Source: Gammaproteobacteria bacterium (lineage in GTDB: Bacteria; Pseudomonadota; Gammaproteobacteria; Natronospirales; REEB76). Taken from it: DNA of 64,000 bases. Shown here one piece after another: positions 57,598 through 64,000 of this stretch. The translations under genes were made by a program, and so were the position numbers. Each line of letters begins with the position of its first letter. Within the stretch, counting starts at the first letter, position 1. The notes under the pieces are model-generated. The model was given only the letters and a program-made list of their open reading frames with translations. It made no database searches and was not told the origin of the DNA. Where the stretch lies: assembly GCA_049591455.1 (NCBI GenBank), contig JBAWFA010000015.1, positions 75,143 through 139,142 of the forward strand, in the 5' to 3' direction.

Positions 57598-58341
57598 ATG
57601 ACTAAACTTGTCCTCCTCCGTCACAGCCTCAGCCAGTGGAACAAGGAAAACCGCTTTACAGGTTGGGCCGACGTGGACTTGGCGCCGGAAGGCATGACCG
57701 AGGCTCATGAAGCTGCGCGTCTTTTGAAGGAAGCCGGCTTCACTTTTGACGCCGCCTACACCTCGCTACTGAAGCGCGCCGTGCGCACGCTCTGGACCGT
57801 GCTGGACGATATGGATTTGATGTGGATTCCGGTCGAAAAGGACTGGCGGTTGAACGAGCGCCATTACGGCGCCTTGCAGGGGCTGAATAAATCGGAAACG
57901 GCAAAGAAATACGGCGAAGACCAGGTAAAGATATGGCGCCGCAGTTACGCTATCCGGCCGCCAGCTCTGGACGAACACGATAAACGCCATCCGAATTACG
58001 ATCCCCGCTATAGCGGACTGAAGCCCGGCGAACGCCCTGCCACGGAATCCCTGGCCGATACGGTGGCGCGCTTCGTACCCTATTACGAAACCGAAATCCT
58101 GCCGGCCATGCAGCACGGCCAGCGCCTGGTCATCGTGGCACACGGTAATTCATTGCGCGCGCTGGTGAAACATCTGGACAAGATGAGCGACGATGAAATC
58201 GTCGCGCTCAATATCCCTACCGGCATTCCGCTGGTGTACGAGCTCGACAAATATCTCAACCCGGTACGCCACTATTATCTTGGTGATGCCGCAAAAGTTA
58301 CCGCCGCGGCCAATGCGGTTGCCAATCAGGCCGGCCAATAA
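57598..58341 (+). CDS. gpmA: 2,3-bisphosphoglycerate-dependent phosphoglycerate mutase
   Basis: [28 protein letters not shown]..., near-colinear with enterobacterial GpmA. The RHG motif reads RHS here. Confidence 0.85.
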   Translation: MTKLVLLRHSLSQWNKENRFTGWADVDLAPEGMTEAHEAARLLKEAGFTFDAAYTSLLKRAVRTLWTVLDDMDLMWIPVEKDWRLNERHYGALQGLNKSETAKKYGEDQVKIWRRSYAIRPPALDEHDKRHPNYDPRYSGLKPGERPATESLADTVARFVPYYETEILPAMQHGQRLVIVAHGNSLRALVKHLDKMSDDEIVALNIPTGIPLVYELDKYLNPVRHYYLGDAAKVTAAANAVANQAGQ

Positions 58342-58363
58342 TATTCACAACTGGAGCCAACCA

Positions 58364-59131
58364 ATGCAGTTTGCAGAAATCCATGCCATTGTCTCCGGCG
58401 GCGTTTCCGGTCTCGGCCTCGCCACCTGCGAGCGCATCGTCAAAACAGGTGGCAAGGTCACCATGCTGGATGTGAACGAACAGCACGGCGCGGATGCCGC
58501 GAAGAAGCTTGGCGCTAATGCGTTGTTCATCAAAACCGACGTATCCTCGGAAAAAGAAGTGAACACTGCAGTGCAAAAAGCCAAAGCCGCGTTCGGCAGC
58601 CTGCAACTGGTGGTGAACTGCGCCGGCATTCTCGGCGCCGGCCGCACGCTCGGCAAGGAAGGCCCCATGGCGACCGATTTCTTCGCCAGGACCATCCACG
58701 TGAATCTGATCGGAACATTCAATCTCATCAAAGCCGCGGCCAATGTCATGCAGCACAACGCACCCAACGCTGAAGGTGAACGCGGTGTGATTGTGAATAC
58801 CGCCTCTGTCGCCGCTTATGAAGGCCAGATCGGCCAGGCCGCTTATTCCGCATCCAAGGGTGGTGTTGTCGGCATGACTCTGCCCATCGCACGCGAATTC
58901 GCGCGCTTCGGCATCCGTGTCATGACCATCGCGCCGGGTATCTTCTGGACGCCCATGATGGCCGGGATGTCCGAGGAAGTGCAGAAGTCACTCGGCGCCC
59001 AAGTACCCTTCCCTTCACGTCTCGGCAAACCGGAGGAATACGCACAACTGGTGCAGCAGATTTGTGAAAGCGTGATGCTGAACGGAGAGACCATCCGCTT
59101 GGACGGCGCCATCAGAATGCAGCCGAAATAA
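58364..59131 (+). CDS. SDR family 3-hydroxyacyl-CoA dehydrogenase (type II / HSD17B10-like)
   Basis: Start moved to MQFAEIHAIVSGGVSGLGLAT. YSASKGG catalytic motif. C-terminal NGETIRLDGAIRM is typical of this subfamily. Confidence 0.75.
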   Translation: MQFAEIHAIVSGGVSGLGLATCERIVKTGGKVTMLDVNEQHGADAAKKLGANALFIKTDVSSEKEVNTAVQKAKAAFGSLQLVVNCAGILGAGRTLGKEGPMATDFFARTIHVNLIGTFNLIKAAANVMQHNAPNAEGERGVIVNTASVAAYEGQIGQAAYSASKGGVVGMTLPIAREFARFGIRVMTIAPGIFWTPMMAGMSEEVQKSLGAQVPFPSRLGKPEEYAQLVQQICESVMLNGETIRLDGAIRMQPK

Positions 59132-59165
59132 GAAGTGAGGGATGAGGCGGTAAAATGGACTTTTG

Positions 59166-60779
59166 ATGGCGGAGCATAGTTTGGAAATTCAAAGAGAAAT
59201 AATGCAATACGATGTGGTGGTGGTCGGTGCTGGACCCGCAGGCCTGGCCTGCGCCATTCGTCTGAAGCAAAAGAAGCCTGATACCCGCGTGTGCGTGCTG
59301 GAAAAAGGTTCACAAGTTGGCGCACATATTCTTTCCGGTTGCGTCATGGAACCGGCCGCACTGAACGAGCTGCTGCCCGACTGGCGCAAGACGCCACCCA
59401 CGATCTGCGTGCCAGCTACTAAAGATGAATTCGTGCTGCTCACCAAAACCCGCCGCGTCCGTCTGCCGACGCCACCGCAGATGCACAACCGCGGTAATTT
59501 CATCATCTCTCTGGGCAGTCTGTGCGCCTGGCTTGCGCAACAAGCGGAAGCGCTGGGCGTGGAGGTCTTCCCCGGTTTTCCCGCCGCCGCGCCACTGATC
59601 GAGAAGGGCGGCGTTATCGGCGTACGCTGCGGCGACATGGGCCTGAACCGGGACGGCACGCCCGGACCCAACTTCGCCGCCGGCGTGGACATTCACGCAA
59701 GCGTCACCGCGCTCGCCGAAGGCTGCCGCGGCAGTGTCAGCAAGCAGCTTATCCGGAAATTCAAACTCGACGCCGGATGCTCGCCGCAAACCTACGGCAT
59801 CGGTTTCAAGGAACTCTGGCAACTGCCGGCCGGCCGTGCAAAGCCCGGTTACGTTCAGCACAGCGTCGGCTGGCCTCTCGATTCCAGAACCTACGGTGGC
59901 AGTTTCCTGTATCACCTGGACCAGGACCGCGTGTACGTGGGCTTCGTGGCGGGCCTCGATTACGAAGACCCGGAATTCAAACCCTTTGAAGCCTTCCAGC
60001 AATTCAAGCATCATCCGAGTGTGAAACCGCTGCTGGAGGGCGGCGAGATTCTCTCCGCCGGCAGCCGTGCGCTCATCGAAGGCGGCTTGCAATCCCTGCC
60101 GAAGCTGGAGATGCCCGGTGCGATGCTGATAGGTGACGCTGCCGGCACTCTGAATGTCCCCAAGATCAAAGGCGTGCACATGGCGTTGCGCTCAGGCATG
60201 CTGGCGGCGGATCATCTTGCGGAACACAACACCAGCGAAGGCTTCGATGCGCGCTGGCGCCAATCATCGTCGGCGAAAGAGTTGCACAAAGTCCGCAACA
60301 TCCGCCCCGGATTCCACAAGGGCCTTTGGTTTGGATTGCTGAATGCCGCATTGGAAACCCTCACCTTCGGCAAACTGCCCTGGACGCTCAAGAACCGCGC
60401 GGACTGGAAGAGTCTGGACAAACTCGGCGCACACTTGCGCGCGGCGGAAGACTATGTGACCCGCACGCTGCCGCCAAAGGATCGCCTGTCTTCTGTGTAT
60501 TTCGCTGCCACCCGCCATGACGAACATCAGCCTGCCCATCTCATCGTGCCAGATACTAATATATGTGTCGGCCGCTGTGTCACCGAATACGCCAACCCCT
60601 GCACCCGCTTCTGCCCCGCGCAGGTGTATGAAATGGTCGAGGAAAATGGCCAGAAACGCCTGCAGGTCAATGCCGCCAACTGCGTGCACTGCAAGACCTG
60701 TGACATCAAGGACCCGTATGAGAACATCACCTGGACCACGCCGGAAGGCGGCAGTGGACCGAATTATCAGAATCTGTAA
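59166..60779 (+). CDS. Electron-transfer flavoprotein:ubiquinone oxidoreductase (ETF-QO)
   Basis: YDVVVVGAGPAGLACA FAD motif. C-terminal 4Fe-4S ferredoxin-like CPAQVY...CVHCKTCDIKDP...GGSGPNY. Confidence 0.9.
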   Translation: MAEHSLEIQREIMQYDVVVVGAGPAGLACAIRLKQKKPDTRVCVLEKGSQVGAHILSGCVMEPAALNELLPDWRKTPPTICVPATKDEFVLLTKTRRVRLPTPPQMHNRGNFIISLGSLCAWLAQQAEALGVEVFPGFPAAAPLIEKGGVIGVRCGDMGLNRDGTPGPNFAAGVDIHASVTALAEGCRGSVSKQLIRKFKLDAGCSPQTYGIGFKELWQLPAGRAKPGYVQHSVGWPLDSRTYGGSFLYHLDQDRVYVGFVAGLDYEDPEFKPFEAFQQFKHHPSVKPLLEGGEILSAGSRALIEGGLQSLPKLEMPGAMLIGDAAGTLNVPKIKGVHMALRSGMLAADHLAEHNTSEGFDARWRQSSSAKELHKVRNIRPGFHKGLWFGLLNAALETLTFGKLPWTLKNRADWKSLDKLGAHLRAAEDYVTRTLPPKDRLSSVYFAATRHDEHQPAHLIVPDTNICVGRCVTEYANPCTRFCPAQVYEMVEENGQKRLQVNAANCVHCKTCDIKDPYENITWTTPEGGSGPNYQNL

Positions 60780-60865
60780 TGATTGTCCAATCTGAAAATG
60801 TGTCGTAACAAGTAATCTCGTCTCATGATCTTTAATATCACAACTTCTCCCAAAAGAAGGTTGAG

Positions 60866-61177
60866 ATGCAAAATCAAGATAAACAAGCGATTATTGGTCT
60901 CACTACATGCTGCGGTATATTTATTGGTGGGCTAATTGGTTTCCTATTACGCCCAGCAGTATTCCTTGTTGGTCAATTGCCATTTTCTACGGTTATTACT
61001 CGTGGTACAAACTTGCAAGGTCTTAATTCACTACTGGTTCCAGCGGCTGAACAATCATTCAACTATTTGCTTATCGGCATTATTATTGGTGCAATAACAG
61101 GATTCATACTTGCAACTATGTACATCAAAAATGGACAAACCCCTAATAACCCGAATGAAGAAGAAAAGAAAAAGTAA
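60866..61177 (+). CDS. Small hypothetical membrane protein (AT-rich islet)
   Basis: 103 aa with two hydrophobic segments and a Lys/Glu tail. Codon usage is visibly AT-biased compared with its neighbours. Confidence 0.4.
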   Translation: MQNQDKQAIIGLTTCCGIFIGGLIGFLLRPAVFLVGQLPFSTVITRGTNLQGLNSLLVPAAEQSFNYLLIGIIIGAITGFILATMYIKNGQTPNNPNEEEKKK

Positions 61178-61235
61178 CACTTGACTATCTAATAGGATAA
61201 TCTTCGAAGGCAATGCGCGCCTATCGAGTTGTGCC

Positions 61236-61445
61236 ATGGCTAAAAGTGATTTCATCTGTAAGGTTTGCAAGAGCGTTAGAAGTAAGGGATTTTTGTCAAG
61301 TGGTGGCAAATATAAATGCCCTGTATATAAATTTATTTGCGGTGATCATGTCACTGGTTTCTTGATTCCGCGTTGCCGTATCTGTAGCAACCGTGTGCTC
61401 AAGTATGTATTCAATCCTTTCAAAGGAAGATGGATACAAACTTAA
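61236..61445 (+). CDS. Small Cys-rich (zinc-ribbon-like) hypothetical protein (AT-rich islet)
   Basis: 69 aa. CKVC...CPVYKFICGDH...CRIC. Confidence 0.4.
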   Translation: MAKSDFICKVCKSVRSKGFLSSGGKYKCPVYKFICGDHVTGFLIPRCRICSNRVLKYVFNPFKGRWIQT

Positions 61446-61501
61446 CATGAGCCCCCTTACCATTTAATGTACTTCGCATAGATAGCTCTAAGGATAACAG
61501 A

Positions 61502-62248
61502 GTGAAAACACTGGTTGGCATCAAACGCGTCATTGACTTCAGTGTGCGCGTCCAAGTGAAGAAAGATGGCAGCGGCGTCAACACCGATGGCGTGAAGCTG
61601 AGCATCAACCCGTTCGACGAGATCGCGCTGGAAGAGGCGCTGCGCATCCGCGAACGTGGCATACCGGCGGAGATCGTCGTAGTCAGCATCGGCCCGGCTG
61701 ACTGCCAACAGCAGTTGCGCACCGCACTCGCTATGGGCGCGGACCGTGCCGTTCTGGTGGAAACCGGCGAAAGTTTGCAACCGCTAATGATAGCGCGCGT
61801 GTTCCACGAGCTGGTGAAACGCGAGAACGCCGATCTGGTGATTCTCGGCAAACAGGCGATTGACGACGACTGCAACCAGACCGGCCAGATGCTGGCGGCG
61901 CTGTGGGATCGTCCGCAGGCTACGTTTGCGTCCAAGGTGGAACTCAAGGACAAGACGCTCGCCGTAACGCGCGAAGTGGACACAGGACTGGAAACCATCG
62001 CGGTGGATCTGCCTGCCGTGGTCACCACCGATCTGCGGCTCAACACGCCGCGCTTCGTGAAGATGCCGGACATCATGAAAGCCCGCAGCAAGCCGTTGCA
62101 GATTCTCAAGCTGGGCGATTTGGGCATGGCCGCGGCGCCGAAACTGGAAGCAACAAAATATGCTCCGCCGCCACAGCGCAGCAGTGGCAAGAAAGTGGCG
62201 GACGTACCCGCGCTGATTGTCGCACTGAAGGAACGCGGGGTGCTGTGA
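61502..62248 (+). CDS. etfB: Electron transfer flavoprotein beta subunit
   Basis: 248 aa. GTG start. MKTLVGIKRVIDFSVRVQVKKDGSGV... Confidence 0.9.
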   Translation: MKTLVGIKRVIDFSVRVQVKKDGSGVNTDGVKLSINPFDEIALEEALRIRERGIPAEIVVVSIGPADCQQQLRTALAMGADRAVLVETGESLQPLMIARVFHELVKRENADLVILGKQAIDDDCNQTGQMLAALWDRPQATFASKVELKDKTLAVTREVDTGLETIAVDLPAVVTTDLRLNTPRFVKMPDIMKARSKPLQILKLGDLGMAAAPKLEATKYAPPPQRSSGKKVADVPALIVALKERGVL

Positions 62249-63195
62249 TGAGTAAAATTCTGGTGATCGCCGAACACGATGGGAAAAAACTCAATGCTGC
62301 CACCGCGCGTGCCGTGAGCTGTGCGCTCGCCATCGGCGGCGAGATTCATGTTGCGGTATTTGCCACCAACGCTTCGGTGGTCGCGGATACCGCCGCCAGG
62401 CTCAAAAGCGTGAAGCGCGTGCTGAAAGTGGAGCGCGCGGAAAACGCCCAGCAACTGGCCGCCGTATTGGCACCACAGATTGTCCAGCTGGCGAAGGATT
62501 ACAGCCACGTGCTCGCGCCCTCCACCACCTTCGGCAAGGACACACTGCCGCGCGCCGCGGCGCTGCTTGGTGTACAGCAGGTGAGCGACGTAATGAAGGT
62601 GATTGACGCCACCACCTTCGAGCGGCCCATATACGCCGGTAATGCCATCGTCACGGTGAAGGCGCCGGAAAAGCCGTGCATCTTCGCCACGGTGCGCACC
62701 GCGTCGTGGCAGGAGTGCGGCACCGGTGGTACGGCGGAAATTGCCGCCGTCAACACCGACGCGGTGATGCCGACGCATACCCGCTTTGTTGAACTTAAGG
62801 CCCAAAAGAGCGACCGGCCCGACCTGCAATCGGCGCCGCGCGTAGTCTCCGGCGGCCGCGGCGTGGGCAGCAAGGAAAACTTTGCCATCATCTACAAGCT
62901 CGCCGACAAACTCGGTGCGGCCGTGGGGGCTTCGCGCGCGGCGGTAGACGCAGGCTTCGTGCCCAATGATCTGCAGGTGGGTCAGACGGGCAAGATCATC
63001 GCGCCCGATCTGTACGTGGCGGTAGGCATCTCTGGCGCCATCCAACATCTCACCGGCATCAAGGATGCGCGCACCATCGTCGCCATCAACAAGGACCCGG
63101 ACGCGCCGATCTTTCAGATCGCGGATATCGGGCTGGTAGGTGATTTGTTTCAGATTTTGCCGGAGCTGGAAAAAGCATTGGATCAATTGAAGTAG
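62248..63195 (+). CDS. etfA: Electron transfer flavoprotein alpha subunit
   Basis: [23 protein letters not shown]...; C-terminal FAD-binding [31 protein letters not shown] overlap with etfB. The listed ORF 61903-63195 is 5'-extended. Confidence 0.9.
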   Translation: MSKILVIAEHDGKKLNAATARAVSCALAIGGEIHVAVFATNASVVADTAARLKSVKRVLKVERAENAQQLAAVLAPQIVQLAKDYSHVLAPSTTFGKDTLPRAAALLGVQQVSDVMKVIDATTFERPIYAGNAIVTVKAPEKPCIFATVRTASWQECGTGGTAEIAAVNTDAVMPTHTRFVELKAQKSDRPDLQSAPRVVSGGRGVGSKENFAIIYKLADKLGAAVGASRAAVDAGFVPNDLQVGQTGKIIAPDLYVAVGISGAIQHLTGIKDARTIVAINKDPDAPIFQIADIGLVGDLFQILPELEKALDQLK

Positions 63196-63284
63196 GATCG
63201 TGTGTTTTGCATCACCTCTCCCTCCGGGAGAGGGATTCAAGGCTTTGCAGGTTAGGGTGAATATAGCGAATCCCAGCGTCAATA

Positions 63285-63329
63285 ATGTTGGTTGATTGTT
63301 GGGTTTCGGCTGTGTCTCAGCCAACCTAC
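63285..63329. repeat. Type-2 REP unit (plus partial half-unit)
   Basis: ATGTTGGTTGATTGTTGGGTTTCGGCTGTGTCTCAGCCAACCTAC. It is preceded at about 63217-63236 by another hairpin, CTCTCCCTCCGGGAGAGGG. Confidence 0.7.
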
Positions 63330-63347
63330 ATCTTCTGGAATTTCGAT

Positions 63348-64000
63348 ATGACTCAACCGCTCTGGAAACCTGGCAAAGCCGTCATCGAACGCGCCAACAT
63401 GACGCGCTTCTTGGAGCACGTGCAGCGCGAGTACGGTGAGGGCATCCGGAGTTATGCGGCGCTGTACCAATGGTCGGTGGAACATCCAGAGCGTTTCTGG
63501 CCGCAGGTTTGGGACTTCTGTGGCATCAAATCCTCAAAGACCTGGGGCCACGCGCTCACGGACGGCGACAAGATGCCGGGCGCAACGTGGTTCGCGGGTG
63601 CGCGGCTCAATTTTGCCGAGAACCTGCTAGGCCACCACGATGACCACACGGCACTGGTGTTTCGCTGCGAACACGACAGCCACCGCGTTGCGATTACCTA
63701 CCGCGAGCTGTACCGTCAGGTGGCGGGACTTGCGGATGCGCTGAGGCAATCCGGTGTGAAGATCGGTGACCGGGTGGCGGGCTTCATGCCCAATCGCCCC
63801 GAGACCGTCATCGCCATGCTGGCAGCCACCAGTATCGGCGCCATCTGGTCCTCCTGCTCACCGGACTTCGGCATCAACGGCGTGCTGGACCGCTTCGGCC
63901 AGATTGAACCGAAGGTGCTGTTCACCTGCGACGGCTATTTCTACGCCGGCAAAACCGTGGACTCGCTGGAGCGCATCCGCGGCGTGCTGGAGAAATTGCC
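63348..64000 (+). CDS. Acetoacetyl-CoA synthetase (acetoacetate--CoA ligase), N-terminal part; continues beyond the window
   Basis: Manual translation gives MTQPLWKPGKAVIERANMTRFLEHVQREYGEGIRSYAALYQWSVEHPERFWPQVWDFCGI...LNFAENLL..., the typical AACS N-terminus. There is no stop in the window, so it is absent from the ORF track. Confidence 0.8.
   Translation, partial: MTQPLWKPGKAVIERANMTRFLEHVQREYGEGIRSYAALYQWSVEHPERFWPQVWDFCGIKSSKTWGHALTDGDKMPGATWFAGARLNFAENLLGHHDDHTALVFRCEHDSHRVAITYRELYRQVAGLADALRQSGVKIGDRVAGFMPNRPETVIAMLAATSIGAIWSSCSPDFGINGVLDRFGQIEPKVLFTCDGYFYAGKTVDSLERIRGVLEKL

Overview
High-GC chromosomal segment, roughly 60% GC by eye. Gene content and REP types suggest a gammaproteobacterium. 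The window has three parts.

(1) 1-9 kb is housekeeping: secD(partial)-yajC-tgt-queA on the minus strand, tRNA-Leu(CAA), a NUDIX hydrolase, fdxA, dsbC, xerD, an acyltransferase and an MFS pump.

(2) About 9-40.6 kb is an accessory mosaic. It is rich in signal-peptide hydrolases (M3 Dcp, two S9 peptidases, a class-C beta-lactamase-like hydrolase, an alpha/beta hydrolase, a penicillin-acylase-family enzyme, a BNR/Asp-box protein). It also holds a visibly AT-rich defence islet at 30.7-34.2 kb.

(3) 40.6-64 kb carries icmF and a leucine/isovalerate catabolic cluster. This includes Leu dehydrogenase, isovaleryl-CoA dehydrogenase, thiolase, liuB/C/D/E, ETF-QO, etfBA and acetoacetyl-CoA synthetase, with ddl and gpmA embedded.

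Main hunt result: the accessory part looks assembled from small cassettes. Each cassette is flanked by a diverged, truncated duplicate of the end of the gene it sits next to.
- icmF 3' end: two displaced copies.
- A 4-TM membrane-protein gene.
- A CXXCH-protein gene.
- A GFA gene (5' end in this case).
- About 7 same-orientation copies of the last ~160 bp of an SRA-like/HNH endonuclease gene, separating single-gene units.

No integrase, transposase or attC-type site is visible in the window.

The AT-rich islet carries an SRA-like/HNH gene, a DUF262 + HEPN pair and an orphan Rx4H protein. The first three each contain one in-frame stop (TGA, TAA, TAG), each at or immediately before a catalytic motif or close to the ancestral C-terminus. 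One REP-type palindrome is embedded in frame inside icmF.

No CRISPR array, rRNA, IS element or prophage was seen. Hand-derived coordinates may be off by 1-3 nt.
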